Of a DNA stretch of 64,000 bases, positions 1 through 9,599 are shown in pieces. The notes under the pieces were generated by a model. The model searched no databases, was not told the origin of the DNA, and saw nothing but the letters and a program-made list of their open reading frames with translations. Position 1 is the stretch's first letter. Each line of letters opens with the position of its first letter. The position numbers and the translations under genes are program-made. Origin of the DNA: a virus; IMG/VR virus record IMGVR_UViG_3300009149_006183, positions 1-64,000 of that record, one strand, 5' to 3'.

Positions 1-311
1 ACAATATTAGAATATCGTCTAATCATATCTAAATCATTATTATTAAAACATGATGTCAAAAAACCGATTCCCGCATCGTCACATATTGCCTTAGCAAGAG
101 CGTGTCTTTCTTCCGTCATCTCCGATTTTATATAGTCCTCCCTACGCCCATCAGAGTCCCACGGACCAGGGGCTAGATTCTCTACCTTCCATGTTTGGAA
201 TTTGGCGTAATCAGCTCCGCTATCTTTCGCAGACTGAACCATCTCTCTAATTAAATCATAATTCCCTAAATGGTTCATACTCAATTCAGCAATTAACTTT
301 ATTTCAGACAT
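1..311 (-). CDS. neuB: NeuB-family nonulosonic acid synthase, N-terminal part (runs off window edge; not in ORF track)
   Basis: Manual translation from ATG at 311: MSEIKLIAELSMNHLGNYDLIREMVQSAKDSGADYAKFQTW...GIGFLTSCF; IAE-x-x-x-NH and GADxxKFQ are NeuB motifs. ATG overlaps the TGA of the upstream gene. Confidence 0.88.
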   Translation of the reverse strand, partial: MSEIKLIAELSMNHLGNYDLIREMVQSAKDSGADYAKFQTWKVENLAPGPWDSDGRREDYIKSEMTEERHALAKAICDDAGIGFLTSCFNNNDLDMIRRYSNI

Positions 312-1269
312 TTAATTTTCCTATCTCGCTAATCCATAGATCAACAGCTTTATCCATATCTAAGTATTTCTGGTAATATTTATACGGATTCCAGTTCCCC
401 CGTAAACACTTATCAATTCCCTCTGATAATTTCTTATCGGAAATACATAGACCTGTGTGTTTAGTAATATATTTTTCTCTCCAAAAATTAACATTTGATG
501 TCACGACAACGGGAATATTACATGCAAGATATTCTGGAATTACTCTAGGGCAGGAATCATAATTAGAAGAACAGCATACGCCAACACGACATGAAGAAAT
601 CAAGGCTGGCAAATTTTTACGAAGATGCCAACCTGCCCAATGAATATGTTTATACTTCCGCATCAAATCTTTATTCGTATTACCAATAATCATTGTCTTT
701 AAATTTATTTTACTTACAGATTGAATTAATAATTCATGTCGTTTAATAGATTGTTGAGTAGAATTAGCCGTAAAACAAACATCGTACTTTTTATTGCACT
801 TAACAGGAGAGAATAAGGTTGCTGCCGGTTTAATAAATAACGACACATTTTTCTTTTGTTTTAAAATATAATCTCTTTGACTAGGAGAGTCAACAAAAAA
901 TAAATCATAATTATTATAAGTGTCGGGGTAAAACCTCTTACCAGCACCATAATATATTTTTTTAGCAGATTTAAATCTTTTAATAAATTTCAGATAATAA
1001 GGAAAACCTCCACGACAAACAATAATATCTGGCTTAAATGGTGGAGAGTATTTTTTAAGATTAACCCATTTTTCTGTAAAATTACCATCAATAAAAGTTA
1101 TTTTGTTGCTTCCCTCATATAATATTTCTGCTTTAGCGTCTAATTTTTTAGCGACATAATAAAATAATTGAGTCCACATATCCTCGCACTGTTGAATAGT
1201 GTCATACTTCAATTTCTCGGGATGTTCATTAGGTGGGGGAACAGAGCCTCTTAGAAATACTATATTCAC
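304..1269 (-). CDS. GT-B fold glycosyltransferase (GT4-like)
   Basis: C-terminal DSCPRVIPEYLACNIPVV matches the GT4 E-x7-E type region; K-R-H-E-L-L-I before it; lies in a GT cluster. Confidence 0.75.
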   Translation of the reverse strand: MNIVFLRGSVPPPNEHPEKLKYDTIQQCEDMWTQLFYYVAKKLDAKAEILYEGSNKITFIDGNFTEKWVNLKKYSPPFKPDIIVCRGGFPYYLKFIKRFKSAKKIYYGAGKRFYPDTYNNYDLFFVDSPSQRDYILKQKKNVSLFIKPAATLFSPVKCNKKYDVCFTANSTQQSIKRHELLIQSVSKINLKTMIIGNTNKDLMRKYKHIHWAGWHLRKNLPALISSCRVGVCCSSNYDSCPRVIPEYLACNIPVVVTSNVNFWREKYITKHTGLCISDKKLSEGIDKCLRGNWNPYKYYQKYLDMDKAVDLWISEIGKLNV

Positions 1270-2184
1270 TTATTTCCCCCCGATATGTTTAATTAAATGC
1301 AGCATATTGTCTTTTCTCGACCCTATTTTAGTATTTAAAACCGATCTGAGATTCGCATTTAATTCGCTCCTTAATTGTTCATTACTTAACAATTCAGAGA
1401 TATATGACTGAGCTACCTTTAAATTTCTTGCGGGATAAACTAATGCTGTTTTATTATGAATCGCAAAATCAGAGACTCCAGACATATAGTGATCTGTACA
1501 AACTAATGAACAACCACAAAGACCGGCTTCCATTGGGGGATTGTGCAATCCTTCAAGCTCGCTAGGCGAAAACCATATTTTAATTTTATTATACCACAGC
1601 CTCAATTCTTTTTCTGAAGCATCCACTATATTTTTATTCAGCATTCTAAATTTTTTGTGCATTGAGGTTGCTAAAATTTCTGCATCACAATGTCTTTTCG
1701 TCACATGTCTTTTGCTATATAATGCTCCAACATCTTTAGTCCGCGAAATGTCCATCATATTAAATTTGTCGAAATCAAGACCTGGATATATTAATCTAGA
1801 CGGTATCCCATGTTTTAAAAAATAATCTTTTAACCATTCAGAATTGACAATACAATTTATCTTTTTGTACATGCCAAATAACTCTTTTTCAGGAGCTACC
1901 CATCTCTCTAATCCACGAATATAGCAGTACTTTTTAGCGGCTGGAGCTTTTATTGTCGATTTTATACTTTTAAAGCCAGTTGCGATAGAGACATCACAGT
2001 GCGGATGCGTATTACCATATAATATTTTTGATTTAATCTTACTCCATGTGAATTTATTTGGCTGGTTTGTAAATAGAACAACATCCTGTCCAAGAGTAGA
2101 CAACGTATCTGCACACTTTATAAGTGTTCGGCTTCCTCCGTTATTGCCCAATCCGACATTTAATAAATTAAATACTATTTTCAT
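1270..2184 (-). CDS. GT4-family glycosyltransferase
   Basis: N-terminal NGGSR, C-terminal PSELEGLHNPPMEAGLCG (EGxxxPxxEA). Confidence 0.85.
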   Translation of the reverse strand: MKIVFNLLNVGLGNNGGSRTLIKCADTLSTLGQDVVLFTNQPNKFTWSKIKSKILYGNTHPHCDVSIATGFKSIKSTIKAPAAKKYCYIRGLERWVAPEKELFGMYKKINCIVNSEWLKDYFLKHGIPSRLIYPGLDFDKFNMMDISRTKDVGALYSKRHVTKRHCDAEILATSMHKKFRMLNKNIVDASEKELRLWYNKIKIWFSPSELEGLHNPPMEAGLCGCSLVCTDHYMSGVSDFAIHNKTALVYPARNLKVAQSYISELLSNEQLRSELNANLRSVLNTKIGSRKDNMLHLIKHIGGK

Positions 2185-2966
2185 TTTATTTGGTTTAAAA
2201 AATTATCTATATATCTTTTATATGTTATGTAAGCTCCATTTTTACATACTGCGTGAGATATTTTTGGACAAGTAGATCTACTTCTTACATGATCAGTTTT
2301 CTTCCAAAGGACGAGTCCTGTCATATTTAAAGCACCAGAGACATGGTACAGTCCCGTATCGTTAGATATAAAGTAGTCACACTGGCCAAGTAAACTAACA
2401 GAGTCTTTTAAAGATAATGCTCCCATATAATTCAGACATCCATGCAGTTTGTTTCTGCTCCAATAAATTTTAAGATCTCGCTTCGAGCCTAATATGACTG
2501 GAATATGGTTTTTAGAAAGAATAGAGTTTATAATATATTGTCTAGTTTTACTCCCTAAGTCTTTCGCAGCCTTGTAAATATCGCCCAAACAACCGTGAAA
2601 AACTGCTATATATTTTTTCCCTTTTATTTTATCTAATTTTTTAGTGACATCATAATCGACATATGTATTCTCCATTTTTTTTATATCACGGTTAGCGACT
2701 ACTCGGAACAAAGATTCGCTATCAGACTCCCTAGTTCTTCTATATTTCTTGCCTGTGGAGGTTGTAGCAAAAGCTTTAGTTTTAGGAGCGATATCTAATA
2801 TATTTATAAAGGGACATTTTCGATATAGTGTCTCTATCTTTTTGTCAGAAAAATAAACATTGACAGGCTTTTTGGAGCCCAAGTATCTCAAGGCTGGCGT
2901 AGCCATTACAAAATTACCTAACCCGAAACCCTCTTCCTGTTTAAACCATTTAATTTCTTTACTCAT
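2181..2966 (-). CDS. GT9-family (heptosyltransferase-like) glycosyltransferase
   Basis: GLGNFVMATPAL at the N-terminus and ISNDTGLYHVSGAL (DTGxxHxA) motif. Confidence 0.85.
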   Translation of the reverse strand: MSKEIKWFKQEEGFGLGNFVMATPALRYLGSKKPVNVYFSDKKIETLYRKCPFINILDIAPKTKAFATTSTGKKYRRTRESDSESLFRVVANRDIKKMENTYVDYDVTKKLDKIKGKKYIAVFHGCLGDIYKAAKDLGSKTRQYIINSILSKNHIPVILGSKRDLKIYWSRNKLHGCLNYMGALSLKDSVSLLGQCDYFISNDTGLYHVSGALNMTGLVLWKKTDHVRSRSTCPKISHAVCKNGAYITYKRYIDNFLNQIK

Positions 2967-2978
2967 GTTAGAATATCT

Positions 2979-3860
2979 TTATTTGCGTTTTATTTTAAGC
3001 TTCATTTTAGATCTGGGTATCGGTTTAATGACTGGTTTTGCTTTAATCCTAGGTTTAGCCTTAGATCTTTCTCTGGTTTGTATTTTAGGTCTTGGTTTCG
3101 AAGATGACTTATTATTCGGTTTGTTCTTCTTCCAGTTTATAAATGTGAAAGCCCCCTGGCCGCCAGGTCTATGCCATCCATTTTTTGCCATCCAATCTCG
3201 ACCTGTATCTATAACCATAACAGCACGCGTTAGTGGCGGATGTTGAAGCCCAGTATAGTTTGTTCTGTTTTTTCCAACCGTGTTTTGTACTGTCCAAGGG
3301 CGGCATTGTTTCTCAGGATTTTTTGTTATATCCATCCTCTCAGCCATATATTTAGCCCATCGCGTCATGACCATTCCGGGAGACAAACACACTCTAGTAT
3401 CTTTAATAGTAGAATAAGCCCTTAATGTTACTATGACGGTTCTATTTTTTTTACTTTCAAAGTCGCCATTTAGGTTTAATTTACCATATAATGCTCGAAT
3501 ACCAAAAGGTATCTTTAAAACCCAATCCTCCTGCAAGGTAAAGAAAAACTCGCCGGTAGGTTGCTGCCATGTCCACTTATGACCGGCACAGAAATTACAA
3601 GTCTTTGGTAGATTATAAACAACATTGCCAAAGTAATTTTGGCAGATTTTAATAATCTCGCCGGGTTCGCATTCACCACCAATAGGGTCTATATTAACAT
3701 ATAGAGTAGATTTTTTCCAATCTACGCCTGTCATGTTCTTATGAAAAGAATTATAAGTTCTATCTATTAAACTAGAACGGCAGGTCGCTGTAGTTGTAAA
3801 CTCTAATGGGATATCCTCCATTTTTAAACTCCTATATTTAACATTATATCGTCTATTCAT
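2979..3860 (-). CDS. Putative GT-A fold glycosyltransferase with long Lys/Arg/Pro-rich tail
   Basis: TTATCR, VNID and FFTLQEDW (xED-W) pattern; last ~50 aa strongly basic. A better start may be the ATG near 3821 (MEDIPLEF), which follows AGGAG. Confidence 0.55.
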   Translation of the reverse strand: MNRRYNVKYRSLKMEDIPLEFTTTATCRSSLIDRTYNSFHKNMTGVDWKKSTLYVNIDPIGGECEPGEIIKICQNYFGNVVYNLPKTCNFCAGHKWTWQQPTGEFFFTLQEDWVLKIPFGIRALYGKLNLNGDFESKKNRTVIVTLRAYSTIKDTRVCLSPGMVMTRWAKYMAERMDITKNPEKQCRPWTVQNTVGKNRTNYTGLQHPPLTRAVMVIDTGRDWMAKNGWHRPGGQGAFTFINWKKNKPNNKSSSKPRPKIQTRERSKAKPRIKAKPVIKPIPRSKMKLKIKRK

Positions 3861-3863
3861 AAT

Positions 3864-4766
3864 CTAAATAAAATGAGAAATATATTTTTCTCTTCTAATA
3901 ATCATTTTTTTAGTTATTGGGTCGTAAGTATTTCTAGCCATTCCTTCTCTAGAAAATATATTTGAGATATATACGTAATAATATCCACTGTCTATTAAAT
4001 ATTCTCTCAAATCAAACAAAGAGTCCTCTTCTGTTGATACCCCCGAATATTTATTCGCAGGAAAAACTTTCAGTAGATGTATCGGTATCTTTTTAATGTC
4101 TAGAGGAGAAAGAACCTCATCTATCCACTTTTGATAATGCTCGATATCTGGGTATACAGGTATGCTAATCTCTACGTTTTTTACGATTTTTAATGCATAT
4201 GTAATATTGTTTAATATTTGGTCAGAGCCTAGACAGTCACATCTAGTTTCATAATCCGCTTTAGCCCCTTTTAAATCTATATTCATAACGTCACAACTAT
4301 GGCACACGTTCCTCCAATATCGAGAAGTTAGATATGCATTTGTTTTTATTCCAAAAAATAAATTATTTTCGCGAGACAATCTTGATAATGAAGACAATCT
4401 CTTGTAATAAATGGTCGGTTCAGTGTAAGAAAAGAATATTCCAGAAGCTTCATACTGCATAGCCAGATCCACAAGCTCTATGTCAGTAAAACTAGAAACT
4501 TGTTGAGGAATTGATGTAGAGATTTTATAATTTTGGCAACAGACACATCTCAGAGAGCAGCCACAACCACCCAAACTTAGTATTTTAGAGTTATGTTTAA
4601 AGTGAAAAATAGGTTTCTTTTCTATAACATCTAGATTAATAGAAGTAATGCGTAAAGGCTCTTCTACAATAGACCCATTACGCATTCTCCAAGCAAAACA
4701 TTTGCCTAACTCTTCTTCCGCCAAGTCACAGTAATTGGGACAAATTCTGCAAGGTATTTTATTCAT
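3864..4766 (-). CDS. AmmeMemoRadiSam-type radical SAM enzyme
   Basis: N-terminal CRICPNYC...GKC, D-x-IEKKPIFHF, GCSLRCVCCQNYKIS (CxxxCxxC), FSYTEPT. Confidence 0.85.
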   Translation of the reverse strand: MNKIPCRICPNYCDLAEEELGKCFAWRMRNGSIVEEPLRITSINLDVIEKKPIFHFKHNSKILSLGGCGCSLRCVCCQNYKISTSIPQQVSSFTDIELVDLAMQYEASGIFFSYTEPTIYYKRLSSLSRLSRENNLFFGIKTNAYLTSRYWRNVCHSCDVMNIDLKGAKADYETRCDCLGSDQILNNITYALKIVKNVEISIPVYPDIEHYQKWIDEVLSPLDIKKIPIHLLKVFPANKYSGVSTEEDSLFDLREYLIDSGYYYVYISNIFSREGMARNTYDPITKKMIIRREKYISHFI

Positions 4767-5415
4767 TTTCCGCGATAACTGATAAGTCTTCCTGTTTAAC
4801 TCTACTTCGTTGAGTCAGCTTCTTCATCTTTTCCTGTTTATTTTTCCACGCGTCTCCTACCTTGCAAATACCAAAAGTGTGATCTATCTCATGCTGTATC
4901 AGAACAGATTGAAACTTTTCAAATTCTTCTACGTGCAATTTCATATCCTCGTCATAATATCTAACTTCAATTTTTCTTGGACGAGATATTTTGACATAAA
5001 AGCCAGGATAAGATAGGCAACCCTCTTCTGTTTCATACGCTCTAACGCGCGGCTCAGCTTGAGGATTATTTAAACTTTTTTCTTTTACGGGAGTATAGTC
5101 CGCATTTAGCATAACTATATAATTCTTATTTTTAAGAGGGTCTACAATAATAGCTCTTTTCAAAATGCCAATTTGACTTGCCGCAAGACCGACACCTTTA
5201 TTAGATGTTTTTAAGACTTCTTTCATTTCTTTGATAAAAGACAAATCGTCAGCAAGAGAGACATCGCCACACAATCTGTTCAGCGCTGGATCGTTATATT
5301 TAAGTATTCTATCCTTATTAGCTTTAGCAATAAGTAGCTTGCGCATACTGTTTTTGCGTTTTTCTAGCTTTCTCTTATTATCTCTGACTTTTCCTCTTGG
5401 CTTTTTATTTGACAT
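4759..5415 (-). CDS. def: Peptide deformylase
   Basis: All three PDF motifs: GVGLAASQIG, EGCLS, QHEIDH. Confidence 0.95.
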   Translation of the reverse strand: MSNKKPRGKVRDNKRKLEKRKNSMRKLLIAKANKDRILKYNDPALNRLCGDVSLADDLSFIKEMKEVLKTSNKGVGLAASQIGILKRAIIVDPLKNKNYIVMLNADYTPVKEKSLNNPQAEPRVRAYETEEGCLSYPGFYVKISRPRKIEVRYYDEDMKLHVEEFEKFQSVLIQHEIDHTFGICKVGDAWKNKQEKMKKLTQRSRVKQEDLSVIAENE

Positions 5416-5423
5416 ATTTGATA

Positions 5424-5819
5424 TTAAACTCCTATTCTAACTTTAATAGCGATAGATCCATCTTTTCTAACTTCTGATGATTTAACAGACAGTTTTCTTG
5501 TCTTTTTTATATATCTAGTTATCTTTGCTTTTTGATAAATTTGTTTTAATTTATTTGTCTGGAATCCATGTTGGTCAAATTCCGATAAATGCATAATATA
5601 TTTCCCCTTGACCTTCTCAAAACCGACATCATTACTCGCTGATCCGACCTGAGATCTGGGAATTATAACGTGAGCTTTTTGATCTCTTAAATCGCCCCGA
5701 TATCCATGAAGCCGTTGAGCAGTTTCATTAACTGTCGGTTTATATCCCATTTCGCCTAAAGCCTCAAGAAGACAGTCTATATCATCGAAATCAAGATCAA
5801 AAATATGAAACTCGCTGAT
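5424..5819 (-). CDS. DUF1257/Ycf35-like protein; probable ATC start 23 codons upstream of the track start
   Basis: LHGYRGD..AHVIIPR..GSASNDVGF..Y pattern; frame extends upstream as ISEFHIFDLDFDDIDCLLEALGEMGY to ATC at 5817-5819, preceded by AAGGTAGGGT and bounded by an in-frame TAG. Confidence 0.7.
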   Translation of the reverse strand: MSEFHIFDLDFDDIDCLLEALGEMGYKPTVNETAQRLHGYRGDLRDQKAHVIIPRSQVGSASNDVGFEKVKGKYIMHLSEFDQHGFQTNKLKQIYQKAKITRYIKKTRKLSVKSSEVRKDGSIAIKVRIGV

Positions 5820-5842
5820 GTCGCTACCCTACCTTTCTTTAT

Positions 5843-6349
5843 TTAATCTAGAAATATAACTGGGCCTCGTGCTACAGCCAAAATAAATTCTTCAACAATA
5901 CTAGGAATACCAGATGCTCTATCCACGACTACAAGAGATTTAGCTGAAATACGTTTCTTAAGAGAATCTGTATCGCTCAATAATATAGACGGAGGGTTAA
6001 CTAAAGTTGAATTATGAATAGCATAAAAAAGTTCGAATACAGAAACAATTGTAGAGTTCGCTTCTGTATCTGCATCGTAGCAGTCTTTTCTATATGAAGA
6101 TATCTCTTCCCAATGTTCAATATCTCTATTTATCACAACAACATCTCTAACCATTGAGAGATAAGCGGTTAAAAAAGTGTGACCAGAGCCTTTTGGTAAT
6201 TTTATTTTAATTTGACTGGATTTATTTAAATCGTAATCAGAAAATGATTGATTTTCTTCTTTATCCCGGTATTCCAGGCTCTTGCCAATTTCTTTCATAA
6301 CCCAGCTTTGCCAATCACGCAATACAATTTTTTTCGCAAAATCACCCAT
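5843..6349 (-). CDS. Hypothetical protein, possibly degenerate P-loop NTPase fold
   Basis: LPKGSGHT resembles a degenerate Walker A; LVVVD resembles Walker B. Confidence 0.45.
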   Translation of the reverse strand: MGDFAKKIVLRDWQSWVMKEIGKSLEYRDKEENQSFSDYDLNKSSQIKIKLPKGSGHTFLTAYLSMVRDVVVINRDIEHWEEISSYRKDCYDADTEANSTIVSVFELFYAIHNSTLVNPPSILLSDTDSLKKRISAKSLVVVDRASGIPSIVEEFILAVARGPVIFLD

Positions 6350-6869
6350 TATCTGTCTCCAATAAATAATTTATAAAATCAGCTACAGCCCCATGACCAC
6401 CTTTATATGGGCTTATGTAGTCTGCTATCTCTATTATCGGTTTTTCTGCGTCACATGGGCAAGCAGATATTGCAGCTTTTTTCATAACTTCTAAATCATT
6501 TTCGGCATCGCCCATATATGCAATGTTTTTCCAACCATCCTCTACTTCCACTTCTATTCCACGGCCTTTAGCAAAAATAGATATACCGCCTTTTTCTATA
6601 AAGTTTTTCTTATCGCAACACTTATTAACAATAAAAAAGTTATTATATTTCGTTAAGAATCCATTGGTTGAGCATTTATTATAAAAACAATTGTCCTCAG
6701 AACTCGTAATAGCAGGAACTATATATCCTCTTTTGAGTAGCTTTTCAATCGCGGCGAAATCTCGCGTATAGAAAGATTTAGAAATAATGCCGTCAGATGA
6801 GACTTGATATATTCCATCTGTTAATGTGCCATCGATATCAAATGCCACGATTTTTATATTTTTAAGCAT
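6342..6869 (-). CDS. kdsC: KdsC-like HAD phosphatase (KDO-8-P / KDN-9-P phosphatase family)
   Basis: FDIDGTLTDG, F-x-x-RD, AYMGDAEND, GGHGAV. Confidence 0.9.
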   Translation of the reverse strand: MLKNIKIVAFDIDGTLTDGIYQVSSDGIISKSFYTRDFAAIEKLLKRGYIVPAITSSEDNCFYNKCSTNGFLTKYNNFFIVNKCCDKKNFIEKGGISIFAKGRGIEVEVEDGWKNIAYMGDAENDLEVMKKAAISACPCDAEKPIIEIADYISPYKGGHGAVADFINYLLETDNG

Positions 6870-6933
6870 AATTATTTCTTAATCTATTTTGATTTCACTT
6901 GCCGATAAAATAGTGAAAGGTTAATATAAAAAA

Positions 6934-7788
6934 ATGCTACCGACAAACTATAAACCTGCAATTATTATAGCCGAAGTAGGCTGCACTCATATAGGAAAAA
7001 TGGACAGGGCTAAATATCTCATCGATTTGGCAAAACAGTCTGGAGCTCATGTCGTAAAATTTCAAAAAAGAAATCCCAAAGAATGTGTGCCTAAGCACCT
7101 ATGGAATAAACCGCACCCAAACGAGATATTCTCTTACGGAAAAACGTATTTAGAGCACAGAATTAATATAGAACTGAATCTAGAACAACACAAAGAATTA
7201 AAAGATTATTGTGAAACAATTGGCATAGAGTATTCTTCATCTGTCTGGGATATGACATCCGCAAAAGAAATCATTAGTTTACGTCCTAAATTTATAAAAA
7301 TACCAAGTGCCTGCAATATGAATACATCTTTAATAAATTTTATTAAAGATAGTTATAATGGAGAAATTCACATCTCATTAGGAATGCTATCCCCATTAGA
7401 AGTTTTTAAGGTTTTTAATTATTTTGAAGATATCCGAGATAGAGTGGTAATTTATCATTGCACCTCTATTTATCCATGCCCTTTTGAGAAATTATATTTA
7501 AAAGAAATTTCAAATATTCTACTTTCATGGAACAGGGTTGGATTTAGCAATCATGGATACGGAATAGCCGCCGATGTCGCCGCCTATATACTAGGAGCAA
7601 CTTATATAGAGAGACATTTTACAAATGATAGGTCTTTTAGGCACACAGACAGTGCAGCCTCTTTAGAACCTACTGGATTATCGAAATTATGTAGAGACTT
7701 AAAAGCTGTACACGCCGCATTGAAAAATAAACCAAATGAACTGTCACAAGAAGAAGAAAAAGAAAAAAATAAATTAAGAAATGTTTAA
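6934..7788 (+). CDS. neuB: NeuB-family nonulosonic acid (9-phosphate) synthase, short form lacking the SAF domain
   Basis: IIAEVGCTH, VKFQKR, KIPSA, HCTSIYP, GFSNH, IERHFT, D-x-AASLEP. Confidence 0.93.
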   Translation: MLPTNYKPAIIIAEVGCTHIGKMDRAKYLIDLAKQSGAHVVKFQKRNPKECVPKHLWNKPHPNEIFSYGKTYLEHRINIELNLEQHKELKDYCETIGIEYSSSVWDMTSAKEIISLRPKFIKIPSACNMNTSLINFIKDSYNGEIHISLGMLSPLEVFKVFNYFEDIRDRVVIYHCTSIYPCPFEKLYLKEISNILLSWNRVGFSNHGYGIAADVAAYILGATYIERHFTNDRSFRHTDSAASLEPTGLSKLCRDLKAVHAALKNKPNELSQEEEKEKNKLRNV

Positions 7789-8138
7789 TATGGAGGAAAA
7801 TCTCCAGAGTCATCCAGATAATCATCATAATCATCGCTATCGAAGCTCTCGTCTGAGCCTATTGATTCGCCATACTCCCCGTCCTGGTCCATCTTCATTA
7901 GATAAATACTGTCTTCGCCAAACCATAAATTGATACCAACCTCTTCCCCATCATCGTCAAGTATACGCTCTATCGAATCCATCTCTGTTTTAGTCTTATC
8001 GCCATCACCCCAAATCGCGTATAAAAAGTGGTCATCAAATTCAAAAGTTTTAATTTCAGGGTTTCCGGGGCTAGGATTATAAAACCCCATAATGAAGGAA
8101 ATTCCGTCTATTAATCTATACTCTTTATCTACTATCAT
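7785..8138 (-). CDS. Acidic hypothetical protein
   Basis: 117-aa ORF coupled to neuA by ATGA overlap; Asp/Glu-rich. Confidence 0.6.
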   Translation of the reverse strand: MIVDKEYRLIDGISFIMGFYNPSPGNPEIKTFEFDDHFLYAIWGDGDKTKTEMDSIERILDDDGEEVGINLWFGEDSIYLMKMDQDGEYGESIGSDESFDSDDYDDYLDDSGDFPPY

Positions 8139-8851
8139 ACTATACCATAAACTTTTCCGATACTCTCTACTATCTCAAAATCTTCTCTAGTATCTATTTG
8201 GTAACTCTGGTATTTATCAGTTTTATATACTGATATTTTACCCCCTAGCCTATTATTATTTTGTATTAGTATATTATATTTAGTTATATATATATTCCCA
8301 TTATCTATTAGCGAAAAAGAGCTGTCTTTAATATCTTCCCTCATTGGACGGTCAAGATAATACATATTAGGACAAACGACCTCACTACCATAATCATTCC
8401 AAATAAAAGGATAATTAGGAGTAACCGTAACTAAACTGTCAGAGTCCTCCTGCTCCATCTTCTCTATACATCTATCAAGAAGATTATCATATCTTATTGG
8501 AGAAGTTGGTTGCAGCGTGACTATTAAATCAGCAGTAAAATTTAGACTATCTTGACACTCGACAATAGCGTGTCTCAAAACATCTTCATTTTTTATAGAT
8601 GGACCATTTAGCTCTTCTGGCCTATTAATGAATGTAGAGAAACTACTTTTATCATATTCTTTCCAGCTTTTTTTGACATAAGGACAACAACTAGACACGA
8701 CTATCCGATCTACATATTTACTTTTTTCTGCCGCCTTTACTGACCATAAGAAACAGGGCAAACCCATTAATGGCTTGTAATTTTTTCCCGGAAATCCAAT
8801 CGAATTCTTCCTAGCAATTACAATTGCCAATACTGTTTTATAATTAATCAT
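8135..8851 (-). CDS. neuA: CMP-nonulosonate synthetase (acylneuraminate cytidylyltransferase)
   Basis: IARKNSIGFPGKN, LQPTSPIR, NGNIY, IDTREDF. Confidence 0.93.
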   Translation of the reverse strand: MINYKTVLAIVIARKNSIGFPGKNYKPLMGLPCFLWSVKAAEKSKYVDRIVVSSCCPYVKKSWKEYDKSSFSTFINRPEELNGPSIKNEDVLRHAIVECQDSLNFTADLIVTLQPTSPIRYDNLLDRCIEKMEQEDSDSLVTVTPNYPFIWNDYGSEVVCPNMYYLDRPMREDIKDSSFSLIDNGNIYITKYNILIQNNNRLGGKISVYKTDKYQSYQIDTREDFEIVESIGKVYGIV

Positions 8852-9599
8852 TATCCAGTCTCTTCAAAAGATCTTCGTACTTTTCTTTTTTAAAACACTC
8901 TAAAATTCCACCAGAAGCGTTAATTATATTTATATTCTGGTCATTAGCGTGTCTCGCTAAATTCTTAAAATAATTTAAAAACGCCATGCTATGATGATCT
9001 ACAGGTTTTCCTCCAATACGCCCACAATTAGGAGCACAAAAATTAGTTTTTCTATCTAGCCTGTAAGGCTTTTTTTCTCCCTCAAATTGCCAAAAATATC
9101 TTTTATTTCCTGCATAACAGCAATCTGCTCCTAATAATATAATCGGGTCACACCCCATTATATAAGCAAGGTGTATAGCAGAACCAGTAGAAGTCCTTGC
9201 TCCTATAATCGGCTTTTTAGGATCTTTTGTAAAAACTAATCCGTCATCGTAATATTTATTTTCCTTCGGGACGTACCAAAACTTATGATCATACCAAACT
9301 TTATTTTTTATATGATTAGAGCATTTTTTCATTTTAGCCTTGTATAGCAAAGAAATACAAGATTTTAATTTGGGCAGATCTATTCTGTAATAGCTCCAAT
9401 TACTTACATCAGTATCATCCGTCACAAAGTAATTAGCAAAATTCACCTTGCAGATTCCCGAGTTGACCGCTATCGTGATATGTTTTTTAAGCGGAGTTAA
9501 ATCCTGAAAATGCAGGGACGGGCCTGCCCCTACGATAAAACAAGGCTTACCTGTGTGCTTATCCGCCAGATCCGACATTTTCATTAAATATCCCTTCAA
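8844..9599 (-). CDS. Maf/DUF115-like (MptE-like fold) putative nonulosonate transferase
   Basis: CFIVGAGPSL, TIAVN, AIHLAYIMGCDPIILLGAD, IINAS. Likely start is one of the downstream Met codons (MKMSDL). Confidence 0.75.
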   Translation of the reverse strand: MKGYLMKMSDLADKHTGKPCFIVGAGPSLHFQDLTPLKKHITIAVNSGICKVNFANYFVTDDTDVSNWSYYRIDLPKLKSCISLLYKAKMKKCSNHIKNKVWYDHKFWYVPKENKYYDDGLVFTKDPKKPIIGARTSTGSAIHLAYIMGCDPIILLGADCCYAGNKRYFWQFEGEKKPYRLDRKTNFCAPNCGRIGGKPVDHHSMAFLNYFKNLARHANDQNINIINASGGILECFKKEKYEDLLKRLDND

